DNA of 64,000 nucleotides from Candidatus Bathyarchaeota archaeon (GTDB taxonomy: Archaea; Thermoproteota; Bathyarchaeia; Bathyarchaeales; Bathycorpusculaceae), in assembly GCA_963702095.1 (NCBI GenBank), contig OY969706.1, positions 480,001 to 544,000 of the forward strand, given 5' to 3'. Position numbers and translations under genes: made by a program. Positions within the stretch are counted from its first letter, which is position 1, and every line of letters begins with the position of its first letter. Below the pieces are notes generated by a model, which made no database searches, had not been told where the DNA came from, and saw only the letters and a list, made by a program, of their open reading frames with translations. Positions 1 through 10,521 of the stretch are shown piece after piece.

Positions 1-33
1 ATTCATAATCTGATTTCATTCTCCACATACGTT

Positions 34-243
34 GTGGCTCCTGCATGCATAGCAATCACACTGATGTTTCTGCCTGCCCTAATAGAACTCAAAAAACCCC
101 ACGATGCAGGCCCCAGAATAATAAACTACAATTTCATCCAAGCAAAACTACTATGCCTAAGCATGCTAACCGATATCGAAGAAAAAATTGAAAAACAGTT
201 CAATTTCAGAGCCGCCATCTTTCCAGTTTGCATCTCGATATAG
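34..243 (+). CDS. Small hypothetical membrane protein (possibly 5'-incomplete)
   Basis: 69-aa ORF with hydrophobic N-terminus (…LPALIELKKP.DAGPR); no family recognised. Confidence 0.4.
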   Translation: MAPACIAITLMFLPALIELKKPHDAGPRIINYNFIQAKLLCLSMLTDIEEKIEKQFNFRAAIFPVCISI

Positions 244-254
244 AAACCTAAAAT

Positions 255-1289
255 TTACTTGAACAGTAACTTAGAGTTTTTCCATTGATCCCTTGCCAGA
301 GACACAAGGTTCCGAGGGCTTCCATAGAGAGAATATGCGACGTAGCAGAGGTAATTGCATTGGGTGCAGTCATGGTAGGTTTCACGTAGCTCTTTGAACT
401 TTTTGCTCTTCCACTGCTCAGGCAAATCAAAAACCGAGCCGGCAAAGTTATGGTTGTGGCAACCGGAGATGCGGCCTAAATGGTCAACGACAAGGAAGTA
501 TTTGAGCGCCTGACATTTCCATACACGTTTGTCGTCTTGGTAAAGTGCCCTAAGTGCTTCCATGAGTTTTTTTGTTATAAGGATGTTCTTATTTGTTTTC
601 ATCTCTTTTATGATGTCATTGCAAAGCTTAATCATGGCTTCTTTGTCGGTTATGATGAATTCGTCGTTTGCCTTGCCTATCCTAAAGAGCTGTTTACTGT
701 CCACGGAAGTATCAAAAGAGTAGAGGCAATACCAAACCGGGATGCCTTTGCCCGTAAAATACTTCGTTATATCCAGAATTTCATAGAGGTTCTTCTGAGA
801 AATAGTTGGGGTAACGCTGACTTTGATGCCTTCCTTTTGCAGGGTTTCCACCGCATTCATGGCGTTCTCCCATGCACCGGGGACATCTTTTATGGCGTCG
901 TTTTTTGCGGGGTCTAAACTGTCGATGGATACAGCAACAAAGTCGACTTTATGGAGTGCATCAATCTTCTTAGCCACCATACTGCCGTTATCGTAAACGG
1001 TTGTGACAAAACGGTCAGAGGCATAATCTAGGATTTCAGCGATGTCTGGTCGGAGAAGTGGGTCTCCGCCGGAGATGACAAGCTCCACGATTCCCATTTT
1101 CTTGAGTACGTCTAAGCCTTTCTTGACTTCTTCGGTTGAAAGCTCCCTTTGGTCCTGTTCTTTCCAGACGTTGCAGCCTACACATCGATAGTTACATTTT
1201 CGGGTTATCAACCACTGAGCATGATGCGGTTTGCCAGGAGTCACAAAACGCGTTGCCACTGAAACTGCCTTCTTCCAACCTGTAGTCAA
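255..1289 (-). CDS. Radical SAM protein with C-terminal SPASM/twitch-like domain
   Basis: CNYRCVGC (CxxxCxxC), SGGDPLLR, VSIDS, C-terminal C…GRISGC…CTQCNYLC. Confidence 0.9.
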   Translation of the reverse strand: MTTGWKKAVSVATRFVTPGKPHHAQWLITRKCNYRCVGCNVWKEQDQRELSTEEVKKGLDVLKKMGIVELVISGGDPLLRPDIAEILDYASDRFVTTVYDNGSMVAKKIDALHKVDFVAVSIDSLDPAKNDAIKDVPGAWENAMNAVETLQKEGIKVSVTPTISQKNLYEILDITKYFTGKGIPVWYCLYSFDTSVDSKQLFRIGKANDEFIITDKEAMIKLCNDIIKEMKTNKNILITKKLMEALRALYQDDKRVWKCQALKYFLVVDHLGRISGCHNHNFAGSVFDLPEQWKSKKFKELRETYHDCTQCNYLCYVAYSLYGSPRNLVSLARDQWKNSKLLFK

Positions 1290-1502
1290 ACTGTCTTCAT
1301 CACTTAATCGCTGATTAATGCTTAGAAGTATTCAGTCTTGGACTATAAAAACCATTATCAGTATTGGGGGTTGGCTGAGGGAAAATTCTGCCGAGCAGAC
1401 TCTGTTAAAAGCATATGGTAAGCAGCAAATCTTTTTACTTAGCTAACTTTTTTAAGCTCGCATATAAGAGTCAACAGCACCACATTATACGCAGGCAGCA
1501 GC

Positions 1503-2155
1503 ATGGCATACGAACAGGACTACTTCACCACAAGGAAGTATCAACTTAAGCAGCAAGTCGTTGAACGGCACGTACTCGAAGTTCTCCGATGGGCAACCAA
1601 AAAGCTCGGTGAAAACCTTCTAGACGGCGCTGGCAAACGGGCCTGAACGTCGGCTGCGCGTACGGTTACACTTCAAAGGTACTGGCGGGACTGGGTTATG
1701 AAACCGTCGGCATCGACATCTCAGCGCACGCAATAAAACAAGCCAAAACCCGTTTATCTACTGAACTTTTAGTATGTGATGCCCAAAGTGCCCTGCCCTT
1801 TGATGCTTCAAGCTTTGATTTAGTGGCATGTTTTGACGTTTTAGAGCATCTGCCCTATCCCGAGCAAGCGCTATCGAGAATGTTTGACGTTTGCCGGGGC
1901 ACACTGGTTTGCACAACACCTAACGGGAAAGTTGAGAAACCCGTGCGCAAACTTATGCGTGACTACGATGAAACGCATGTGAGTACTAAAACCCAAAAAG
2001 ATTGGGAAAAGTCAGTTTCAACTGGTTTGGCTTCCGGCAGATTTAGGGTGGAGGCGTTTCAAGATTTTGTTTTTAGGTTTTGGGGCAAGTTGTTTTTTAA
2101 GTCGGTTAGTGTTCCCACTTATGGGTTAACTGTACGGGTGGTAATTAGGAAGTAA
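1503..2155 (+). CDS. Class I SAM-dependent methyltransferase (frameshift near 1643)
   Basis: ATG 1503 frame ends KRA-stop; the shifted frame reads NVGCAYGY…GIDIS…FDLVACFDVLEH and is continuous with the 1823-2155 ORF. Confidence 0.8.
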
Positions 2156-2162
2156 TGCGGAT

Positions 2163-2891
2163 TTGACGGGTGACACAGTTGATGTTGTGCTGTTAACTAA
2201 GAACAGCGAACGCAAACTCAAAGACTGCGTGGACTCCATCTACCGAAACGTTCCAGTAGCTAACTTAATCGTTGTTGACGGCTACTCCACGGACCGTACC
2301 TTAGAAATCATGGCTGGTTTCAACGAATCACACCGCAACGTAAAAGTCATTATGGACCGAGGAACCCGTGCCACTGCACGCCAAAGAGGCATTGAAGCAG
2401 TAAAAACCGAATGGTTCCTTTTTGTAGACAGCGACGTGGTGCTTTGCCGTGACTGGTACAGAAAAGCCCAAGAACACATCCGACCCGACGTTGGCGCAGT
2501 CTGGGGCATAGAAGTTTGGTCGACCATCGAAAAACCCAAAACCCTACGGCTGTTTTTGACGACCACCCGCAAGATCTTTGAGGTTCGAGGCGGTACCCAC
2601 GACACCCTCATCCGCACCAGCCTCATGAAAGACATCCATATACCCTCTGGTTTGCACGTGTTTGAGGATGCCTACATAAAAGACTGGATAACTAACCAAG
2701 GGTTCAACGTTGTTCCCTGTTATGACCCCTTCTGCCTCCATTATCGTCCTGAATCGGTATGGACTATTCGGGGAAGTTTAGGTTTAATCGCTGAAGCCTT
2801 CGAATATGGTAACGCCCGATTAATCAGCAGGCTGCTTTTGGCTTATGGATTCTATGCAGCTTACTCTATTTACCAAGTAATTTCTCGATAA
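2163..2891 (+). CDS. Glycosyltransferase family 2
   Basis: VVDGYSTDRT, FVDSD (DxD), FED motifs. Confidence 0.9.
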   Translation: MTGDTVDVVLLTKNSERKLKDCVDSIYRNVPVANLIVVDGYSTDRTLEIMAGFNESHRNVKVIMDRGTRATARQRGIEAVKTEWFLFVDSDVVLCRDWYRKAQEHIRPDVGAVWGIEVWSTIEKPKTLRLFLTTTRKIFEVRGGTHDTLIRTSLMKDIHIPSGLHVFEDAYIKDWITNQGFNVVPCYDPFCLHYRPESVWTIRGSLGLIAEAFEYGNARLISRLLLAYGFYAAYSIYQVISR

Positions 2892-2963
2892 TACGCTAAA
2901 ACTGGCTGTAATTGGGTTTATGTTTTTAAGCTATCTCTAGACAATAAACTGCTAAGGATACCT

Positions 2964-3731
2964 TTGAAGGCGCCAGTGCAAGTCGACGTTGTCATGCTGA
3001 CAAAGAACAGCCAACACCTACTGGGCAAATGCCTAAACGCTGTCTACCGAAACGTACCCATAAAAAACCTCATCGTCATCGACGGCTACTCCACCGACCG
3101 CACACTCAAAATTTTGGAGCAGTTCAACCGCAAATACGGCAACATCCAGCTTTACCCGATGGAGGGCACCAGAGCCAAAGCCCGCACTGAAGGCATCCGA
3201 AGGGTCACTACAGAATGGTTCATGTTTGTCGACAGCGACGCATTACTTTGTAAAGATTGGTTCAAAAAAGTGGCTGTGGACTTAGCGGATGGGGTTGGCG
3301 CAGTGTGGGGTTTAAACATTGACTTGCTCCCCAACGTGCATAATAAGAGGATTCTTAGGATGCAGCTGTTGGTTGCGAAACGGTGTTTTAAGCTTCGGGG
3401 CGGTATGCATGATACTTTGATTCTGCGCAAAGCAGTGGAGGGCATTCAAATCCCAGAAGAACTGCACCTTTACGAGGACGCGTACCTTGTGCGCTGGATA
3501 GAGAACCACGGTTATAAGGTGGCGGTTGGACGTGATGTCTACTGCTTGCACGATAAGGCGCCTGATAATTGGAGCATCAAAAATGGGATGTCGCAGGCAA
3601 TCACTGAATTGCGCTGTTGCTTGGTCTACTCGCACCTCTATCAGTACGTGGTTTTTTACCCTGTTTTCTTAATGTATTGGGGTTTGCAGCTGCCGCTTAA
3701 TGGGTTTCGACAGGGCTTGCATAAAAAATAG
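2964..3731 (+). CDS. Glycosyltransferase family 2 (tandem paralog)
   Basis: IDGYSTDRT, FVDSD; shares RGGxHDTLI and EDAY with the upstream GT2. Confidence 0.9.
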   Translation: MKAPVQVDVVMLTKNSQHLLGKCLNAVYRNVPIKNLIVIDGYSTDRTLKILEQFNRKYGNIQLYPMEGTRAKARTEGIRRVTTEWFMFVDSDALLCKDWFKKVAVDLADGVGAVWGLNIDLLPNVHNKRILRMQLLVAKRCFKLRGGMHDTLILRKAVEGIQIPEELHLYEDAYLVRWIENHGYKVAVGRDVYCLHDKAPDNWSIKNGMSQAITELRCCLVYSHLYQYVVFYPVFLMYWGLQLPLNGFRQGLHKK

Positions 3732-3755
3732 GTTGCTTCGGGTTAATCAGAATAG

Positions 3756-3784
3756 TTATCTACATGTATACTTATCTATATGTA
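3756..3784 (+). promoter_or_regulatory. Putative VapBC autoregulatory operator
   Basis: Direct repeat TTATCTA(C/T)ATGTA at 3756-3768 and 3772-3784 containing palindromic TACATGTA, ~22 nt upstream of the antitoxin. Confidence 0.55.
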
Positions 3785-3806
3785 ACAGTTTGTCGGAGTA
3801 AGAACA

Positions 3807-4016
3807 ATGACTGAAACAACAACCATTAGGGTCTCCAAAAAAACTGCTGAAGCGCTCGAAAGTTTACGGGAAAACCTTAAAGCAGAAAGCCTTGACGAAG
3901 CAATCCAATCGCTAATCAAAAAACAGCGTAAAGCGGCTTTAGAACAAATGTTCGGTTCAGGTCGAGGAAAACTAACATCTTTCACAGAGGAAGACCGCGG
4001 TGAAGATCGTAATTGA
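3807..4016 (+). CDS. vapB: VapB-type ribbon-helix-helix antitoxin
   Basis: TTIRVSKKT…SLDEAI RHH pattern; overlaps the PIN toxin gene. Confidence 0.8.
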   Translation: MTETTTIRVSKKTAEALESLRENLKAESLDEAIQSLIKKQRKAALEQMFGSGRGKLTSFTEEDRGEDRN

Positions 4017-4404
4017 CTCATACGCTTGGATCGAGCTTTTTACGGGAAGCGCGGATGGGTATAAAGTAAAAGAAATCTTAGCGCGTGCTGATGAACTCTA
4101 TACCCCCGATATTGTTTTGGCAGAAGTTGCACGAAAATTTAGTCGTGACGGATTTGGCGATGCCTTCATCAACACGAGTCTTGAGCAGATAATTACTACT
4201 GCAACCATTACCTACATTGACCCAAAATTAGCCTTAGACTCAGCAAATTGCTACCAAGAGCTTAAGAAAAACGCTAAAAAAAACGAACTCAACACGCCCA
4301 GCCTATTCGATGCCATCCTATTATCTACCAGCAGATTACTTGACGCGAAACTCTTGAGTGGCGATGCTCATTTCCAATTAATGCCTGAAACAATCTGGGT
4401 ATAA
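4000..4404 (+). CDS. vapC: VapC PIN-domain toxin
   Basis: VIDSYAWIE, VLAEV, SLFDA, SGDAHF acidic PIN residues. Confidence 0.9.
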   Translation: MKIVIDSYAWIELFTGSADGYKVKEILARADELYTPDIVLAEVARKFSRDGFGDAFINTSLEQIITTATITYIDPKLALDSANCYQELKKNAKKNELNTPSLFDAILLSTSRLLDAKLLSGDAHFQLMPETIWV

Positions 4405-4409
4405 TCAAT

Positions 4410-5417
4410 TTAGCGTGATAACGCTACCCAAAGGTGGTCCGAACTTGGTCTTGGCAGCATATCACCCGACCCATCACTCTTAATTAGGATACGTTTGTCG
4501 GGGTTAGGCGTGAATTCGCCGATGACGTCAGCGTAAATGTGCTCGCGGCACAGGCTATCCACGATTTTGTCTGCTTGCGCTGACTCTGCGGCAATGAGCA
4601 GGGCACCCGAACTGATAAGTTGCAACGGGTCAATTTCATAGTAGCGGCAGATTTTGGCGGTTTCCGGTTCGACGGTGATTTTTTCTTCCTGCACATTTGC
4701 GCCTAACCCTGCTGCATCAGCCATCTCATGAACTCCGTTTAAGATGCCGCCCTCAGTTGGGTCATGCATCGCGTGGACTCCGCCCGCACGGTAAGCGGTT
4801 AAGGCGTCTTTGACGACGCTGATTTGACTGTAGAAGCCTTTGGCGCAGTCGAGCAGGCTTTGGCTGAAGATCCCTCTGAGTTGTTCCTCGCGGTCGGTTG
4901 CCAGGATCGCTGTGCCCTCGATGCCCGCGGACTTTGTTAAGATGATTTTGTCGCCTGCTTTTGCGTCGGCGGCGGTGACGTATTTGCCTTTGTCGGTTAA
5001 ACCCATGGTGCAGCCGACGACGATGGGGTTTGTTATGCCCGGTGTGACTTCACAGTGGCCGCCCACGATGGCGATGCCTAACTCGGAGGCGGCGTGGTGC
5101 ATTTGTGTGCTTATGGTTTCTATGATTTTGCTGTCAGCGTTTGGGGGCAGCATGATGCAGCTGAAAAAGAAGGCTGGTTCCACGCCGAATGTGGCTATGT
5201 CGTTGGCGTTTATGTTTATGGCTTCCCATCCGATGCGTTCCACGGCGCCTGTGATGGGGTCCATCGAGACTATGGCGTCTCTGCTGCCCATATCCAAGAC
5301 CGCGCCATCAACGCCTGCTTTGGGTCCCAATAGAACTTCGTTTCTGGGGGCGCCTAAGTTTTTGAATACGACGTTTTTTAGGATGTCTATGGGGATTTTT
5401 CCAGGCGGCAACTTCAT
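4410..5417 (-). CDS. AIR synthase-related (HypE/PurM-like) family protein
   Basis: MKLPPGK start, DPITGA, NDIAT, GGHCE, MHDPTEGG. Confidence 0.85.
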   Translation of the reverse strand: MKLPPGKIPIDILKNVVFKNLGAPRNEVLLGPKAGVDGAVLDMGSRDAIVSMDPITGAVERIGWEAININANDIATFGVEPAFFFSCIMLPPNADSKIIETISTQMHHAASELGIAIVGGHCEVTPGITNPIVVGCTMGLTDKGKYVTAADAKAGDKIILTKSAGIEGTAILATDREEQLRGIFSQSLLDCAKGFYSQISVVKDALTAYRAGGVHAMHDPTEGGILNGVHEMADAAGLGANVQEEKITVEPETAKICRYYEIDPLQLISSGALLIAAESAQADKIVDSLCREHIYADVIGEFTPNPDKRILIKSDGSGDMLPRPSSDHLWVALSR

Positions 5418-5430
5418 ACTGTATCCTCTG

Positions 5431-6030
5431 TTAAAGGTAGCTTTTAAGCTGTGGGAAAACACGAAGCACAGCATGCATAACTGGAACCGCAATCACTAAG
5501 CCAACAACCATCTGAACCACGTTGAAGGGAACCTCTGCAAGTGCGCCTGCAAACGGTACCCCCAAAACCACCTGTTCGTAGATGAAGTAGCCTACAACCA
5601 TTTCTAATCCACCGATGACAATAGCAATGGTTGCGCTTAAGGTGAGGTTTTTTGTTTTTTTGTTTAGTTTTCTGGCTATGTATCCGACGAGGAAACCTTC
5701 AACTGCTTTAATGACAAGGGTTCCGGGTGCAAAAACTGGAGCCGCAAACATGTCAGCTATGGATGCTCCTGCCCCTGCAACTGCGCCGACGAATGGTCCG
5801 AAAAGTAGTGCGGCAACGTAGATGAGGGAGTCGCCGAGGTTGAAGTAGCCGCTGGTTGCGGGTATTGGGATCCAGAAGAGGGCGGTGGCGACGGCTACGA
5901 GTGCAGCGAATATGGCGGCTACTGCTATTTTTAGTGCTGTGGATTGGTCATGTTTGGCGGTGTGGGGTTGGGCTGTTTCTTCCATTGGTATCACGTTTTG
6001 GGGTTGGGAGTATGCAATTTGAATATTCAA
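5431..6030 (-). CDS. ECF transporter S component
   Basis: IPIPATSGYFNLGD, LLFGP, TLVIKAVEG; ~6 TM segments. Confidence 0.85.
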   Translation of the reverse strand: MNIQIAYSQPQNVIPMEETAQPHTAKHDQSTALKIAVAAIFAALVAVATALFWIPIPATSGYFNLGDSLIYVAALLFGPFVGAVAGAGASIADMFAAPVFAPGTLVIKAVEGFLVGYIARKLNKKTKNLTLSATIAIVIGGLEMVVGYFIYEQVVLGVPFAGALAEVPFNVVQMVVGLVIAVPVMHAVLRVFPQLKSYL

Positions 6031-6181
6031 ATAACATCTTTGCTTCCTCGCTTAAAAGAGTTCAAGAGAACCTAAACTTGGTTAGCTACCATGGGATAGA
6101 CACAGCCGACCTGTTTGGTTATTGGTTGCTGGGGAAAATTCTAAATCCAAGTATCCGTCAATAGTTTGCAGTTGATGAGTT

Positions 6182-6583
6182 ATGACTGAAAGAGTAGACA
6201 CGATTAAACTTCACAAAGACGCAATGGCACTTATGGAAAACGGCAAATACGTTGAAGCCCGCGACTTATTTGGCAAAGTCGCTGACCTCTACTATAAAGG
6301 GCAAAACTATTTTGGCGCCGCCGAGATGAACTACAAAGCCGGCGAATGCTCCACCCAACTAAAAGAAAACGAGAAAGCCGTTGAGTTCTTCACTAAATCC
6401 GCCGACATCTCCTTCGCGAAGGGTTTTGAACGCTACGGTTTAAGCGCCCTGGAGAATGCACGGGAAGCACACAAGGCGTTGGGTCACACTAAAGAAGTGG
6501 AGGAACTCACCAAGAAAATTGATGAGATAAACAAGAAGAACGCTGAGCCTGAGGGCGAATCATCGTTCTCAGTATTCTCCTAA
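6182..6583 (+). CDS. Helical TPR/SNAP-like hypothetical protein
   Basis: Repeating A..Y..A helical pattern, 133 aa. Confidence 0.6.
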   Translation: MTERVDTIKLHKDAMALMENGKYVEARDLFGKVADLYYKGQNYFGAAEMNYKAGECSTQLKENEKAVEFFTKSADISFAKGFERYGLSALENAREAHKALGHTKEVEELTKKIDEINKKNAEPEGESSFSVFS

Positions 6584-6877
6584 ACTTAATCCCAAATGGT
6601 AAGCGAGGTCCAAGTGACCTCTTTCTTTGGTTTTTCAACATTTAATGGCTGCTCTTTCCACCAATAGGACCCTCCTCTATAGGTTTCTGCATAGATATGC
6701 TAGTAGGAACCAAATATGATTCCTAAAGTCCTGAATTCCTTTGCAAACAACAGAAAGCCGCAATACACGATAGAGGTAATCAATGACTCCGCTTTCTTAG
6801 TCTGCCCATATGGAACAATCCGTTCAGAAACAACCATTTGAGTAAACTATTAATCGCTTCTATTGGCATTAAACAGT

Positions 6878-7687
6878 ATGGATAAAATCGGCAAAACTTT
6901 TGCCTTAATCTTTACGCTAATTATTTTTCTACCATGTCTGACTTTGCTGACTATCAACCCTGCAAATGCCCAATCGACAGCTTATCCTACGCCCTACCCA
7001 GAAATACCTAAACCTGCTGTACCTCAATTTACCGTTAAGCTAATAGATTCTTCTTACGATATTGCTGCCTCTAACTCCACAGACCCCTACACTGGACAAA
7101 CAATAACTCAACCAAGCCAGCACATCGAAGCAAGAACAATAGAAATAAAAATAAAAAATGAAGCCTTCACACCTTTTGAAGTCAAATTAGGCACTTCTAA
7201 TTGGACGGCATATTATCAGTATAACATTCGTTGGAAGGGTCACTTTGAGAAAGATTGGCATGACCTCTTTTCAGCTTCTAATGGTTATTTAGGTAGGGAT
7301 TCAGAGAGTCCTGAAACAGTATTTGCTCCCCAAGGAGAATACTCATCAACAGAGGGATTACAGATGCATATTCAGGGCATGTATACAACCTTCCCGCCCA
7401 ATTCAACACTTGAGTTCCAAGTTCAAGCGATGATAGGGTTTGTTCATAGAGAAGTTAGCGCAATTCCTTCGGGTGGATGGATGTTTACTGGTGAAACAAG
7501 TGATTGGAGTCCCACTCAAACATTAACTATTACCGATAGCTCAAACTCTACTTCAACTCCTACACAGCAACCTTCCGCATCTCCAACTGCTCCAGAGTTA
7601 TCTTTGTTGGCTATTGTGCCTTTGCTTGTTGCAACGCTGTTTATTGCGGTAAAACTTCGGCACAGAAAAAACTCCCTTCTCCGATAG
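6878..7687 (+). CDS. Secreted/membrane-anchored protein with PEF-CTERM-like tail
   Basis: Signal peptide, S/T/P linker, PELS + TM + basic tail; paralog of 7761-8645. Confidence 0.7.
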   Translation: MDKIGKTFALIFTLIIFLPCLTLLTINPANAQSTAYPTPYPEIPKPAVPQFTVKLIDSSYDIAASNSTDPYTGQTITQPSQHIEARTIEIKIKNEAFTPFEVKLGTSNWTAYYQYNIRWKGHFEKDWHDLFSASNGYLGRDSESPETVFAPQGEYSSTEGLQMHIQGMYTTFPPNSTLEFQVQAMIGFVHREVSAIPSGGWMFTGETSDWSPTQTLTITDSSNSTSTPTQQPSASPTAPELSLLAIVPLLVATLFIAVKLRHRKNSLLR

Positions 7688-7760
7688 GGATTTCCCAGTA
7701 ACAAAACGGTTACCAAAAGCCAACCCCCTCAACAATCAACCAACCGATTAGACAAAGACG

Positions 7761-8645
7761 CTACTTCACGCTTCTTCTGCGCAGGTAAACAACCACCAGC
7801 CCCAGCAAAACCGCAACAACCCCCAACAACGCTATTATGACTATTTCCCCAAAGTCCAAGGCAAAAAACGCTGGGCTGCCAGAGATAGGCTGGACGGGTG
7901 TACTTGTTGGGTTATGTGAGGTTTGTGGTGCAGTTCCCACATCGCCAATGGATGGGCCCGATATGGTTGGTGGTGGAGTCGGTGGTAGCGTTGGTTCCGT
8001 GGAGGATGAGGTGGAGGTTGATCCGTCGTTTAGGCTTATGGTCTGTGTGTTGCTCCAGCCGCTTGTTTGGCCAACAAAGTATGTATGGTAATCATCGGCT
8101 CTTTGTGCTATGCTGGTGCATATTGTGTCAGAGTACCCGATGAATGCTTCAACCTGAAAATCTATCTTTCCGTCTTCGGGGATGTTTGGGACTCTTCCAG
8201 AGTGGTCACCGACCCATTCCTCGTTAATCCAGTAAGAGAACACCGTGTACTGTGTATTTGGCGTTTCAAGGTATGTGTCACTGTAGCCATCGTCAGGGGT
8301 AACTATCCAGTTGCTGTCGAGGTGCCCTTTACATCTAATGTGGAAGTACAGTGCGACTGTGTGGTTGTTTGCGTCTTTGTATGGGGTGAAGGGTTGGTTG
8401 GCGATTGTTATTTCTACGGTTCCGTTTCTGTCATGGTGGGCGGGCACATAGTGGGGTCCGATGTAGCCATCGTCGACTGTAGCCGCAGGCATGACATAGG
8501 AGTGGTCTATGAATGTTAAGCTAAAGGTTGGCACAGACGGTGTAGGTGTTGTTTGTGCGTTTGAGGTTTCAAAGCAGAGCATGCTTGAGGCTGCCAGGAT
8601 TAGTATGAGTGTTATGGTGATTGTTCTGCTCATGCCTGCCACCAT
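7761..8645 (-). CDS. Secreted/membrane-anchored protein, paralog of 6878-7687
   Basis: Shared blocks IDxSY, IEI.I.N..FTP, IRxKGH, FQVxAxIG, GxTSxWSxTQT; C-terminal TM + RRR. Confidence 0.7.
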   Translation of the reverse strand: MVAGMSRTITITLILILAASSMLCFETSNAQTTPTPSVPTFSLTFIDHSYVMPAATVDDGYIGPHYVPAHHDRNGTVEITIANQPFTPYKDANNHTVALYFHIRCKGHLDSNWIVTPDDGYSDTYLETPNTQYTVFSYWINEEWVGDHSGRVPNIPEDGKIDFQVEAFIGYSDTICTSIAQRADDYHTYFVGQTSGWSNTQTISLNDGSTSTSSSTEPTLPPTPPPTISGPSIGDVGTAPQTSHNPTSTPVQPISGSPAFFALDFGEIVIIALLGVVAVLLGLVVVYLRRRSVK

Positions 8646-8796
8646 TAACCTCTTGGTGTAGGAATGGAATTAAAGGGTTCTTGTACAGATTCCTTGACAA
8701 AGCATAGTCTACATTCCTTGACTAAGCCCCTCTCTCAATTAGTTAAATAAGCATCCGACGCCCCTATTCTAGTAGGCACATTTTTCGGTAACAACC

Positions 8797-10500
8797 ATGC
8801 CCACATCATTTCAGTCCCTCAGTGAACTACTCGAAAAGGTGGAAGCCACCAAAAAACGGCTCCAAATTATAGAGCAAACCGCAAACTACCTCCAAACGCT
8901 GAGCGCGCAGGAGATGGAGCCAGCCGTCAACATGATGGTTGGACGCGCCTTCCCAAAGTACAGCCAAAAAACCCTCGACGTAAGCTGGATAACACTTCAA
9001 AATACACTGGAAAACATCGGTGCATTCGACTGGAAACTGTTCCGCGAAGCCATGGCAAAAACAGGTGACATAGGCACCGCAACGCAACTTGTGCTTGAGC
9101 AAACCAAACCCAAACGGCAAACCCGACTAACCCCAGCCGAAAACCAACTAACCATAACCGAAGTCCGACGCGCCTTCGAAGACATCGCCCAAACACAAGG
9201 CAGCCGCAGCCGAACCAAAAAAGAACGCCAAATCACCGCGCTCCTCAGCCAAGCCACACCGCTCGAAGCCAAGTACCTTGTCAAGGTGTTTACGGGTGAG
9301 ATGCGCACTGGGCTGCATGAGGGGTTGATGGAGCAGGCTGTGGCGCGGGCGTTTGATGTTTCGCTGCCACGGGTGCAGCATGCCGAGATGGTTTGTGGTG
9401 ACATAGGCGAAGTCGCGGAAAAACTCAAAACACAGGGCATCGAGAGCCTCGAGAAGGCAGGGTTCAGCGTGTTTCGTCCCGTCAAGTTAATGTTGGCGCA
9501 GACAGCGCAGTCCGTCCGGGAAGCCCTCGCCGAGCAGGGTGGATCGGCAGCTTTCGAGTACAAGTACGATGGCGCCCGCATCCAAATCCACAAGCAAGCC
9601 GGCGTCGTGTGCATCTTCAGCCGCCGCTTAACCGACGTCACAGAGAGCCTCCCCGACATAGTTGAGGTCGTGAAACAAAACATCCAAGCCGACAGCGCCA
9701 TCGTGGAGGGCGAAGTCATCGCATTAGACAGCGCAGGCTACCCCCTTGCATTCCAGCACCTGATGCGCCGCTTCAAACGCACCCGCGAAGTCGTGGGCAT
9801 GCGCGAAAAAATCCCCCTCACCCTCTACCTCTTCGACATTCTATTCCTAAACGGCGAAAGCCTCATCAGCCACACCTACCTCCGCCGACGCCAAATCCTC
9901 GCCGAAAACGCAGGAAAAATCGCCTTAACCAACCAAATCGTCACCGACCAACCTGAATCCGCCGAAGCCTTTCTTGGGGAGGCGGTTGCGGCTGGGAATG
10001 AGGGTTTGATGGCGAAGAAGCTGGACAGTCCCTACACTCCGGGGCGTAGGGGGAAGCGGTGGCTGAAAATCAAAACCGTGCTCGAACCCCTCGACCTGGT
10101 CATAACCGCCGCTGAATATGGGTATGGACGCCGCAGAGGCTGGCTAAGCGACTACTACTTGGGCGCACGTGACCCCGCGTCAGGCGAGTTTTTGGATGTG
10201 GGCAAAACTTTCAAAGGCTTAACAGACGCCGAACTCACCGACCTCACAATGCGCCTCAAAGACCTCGCTGTGAGCGGAGTCGCAGGTCACCGTGTCAAAG
10301 TGTTGCCCAAAATTGTGGTGGAAGTCGCCTACAATGAAATCCAGCAAAGCCCCAAGTACCCCCGCCAAATGGCGCTGCGTTTTGCCCGAATCACCCGTAT
10401 CCGCGACGACAAAGCGCCTGAGGAAGCCAGCACGATTGGGCAAGTCAGAGAAATCTATGAGCGGCAATTCAAAAACAAAGGCAAAACGCCAGAGTTCTAA
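8797..10500 (+). CDS. lig: ATP-dependent DNA ligase
   Basis: EYKYDGAR adenylation motif, EGEV, FDIL, EGLMAK, WLKIK, LRFARI.RIRDDK. Confidence 0.95.
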   Translation: MPTSFQSLSELLEKVEATKKRLQIIEQTANYLQTLSAQEMEPAVNMMVGRAFPKYSQKTLDVSWITLQNTLENIGAFDWKLFREAMAKTGDIGTATQLVLEQTKPKRQTRLTPAENQLTITEVRRAFEDIAQTQGSRSRTKKERQITALLSQATPLEAKYLVKVFTGEMRTGLHEGLMEQAVARAFDVSLPRVQHAEMVCGDIGEVAEKLKTQGIESLEKAGFSVFRPVKLMLAQTAQSVREALAEQGGSAAFEYKYDGARIQIHKQAGVVCIFSRRLTDVTESLPDIVEVVKQNIQADSAIVEGEVIALDSAGYPLAFQHLMRRFKRTREVVGMREKIPLTLYLFDILFLNGESLISHTYLRRRQILAENAGKIALTNQIVTDQPESAEAFLGEAVAAGNEGLMAKKLDSPYTPGRRGKRWLKIKTVLEPLDLVITAAEYGYGRRRGWLSDYYLGARDPASGEFLDVGKTFKGLTDAELTDLTMRLKDLAVSGVAGHRVKVLPKIVVEVAYNEIQQSPKYPRQMALRFARITRIRDDKAPEEASTIGQVREIYERQFKNKGKTPEF

Positions 10501-10521
10501 AAAAGAGGGGAAAGGTGGGGG

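Noticed and set aside
8997-9719. 240-aa antisense ORF (similar shadows at 4840-5499, 11946-12527 and 17696-18223)
   Set aside because: They overlap well-supported genes and are explained by codon bias
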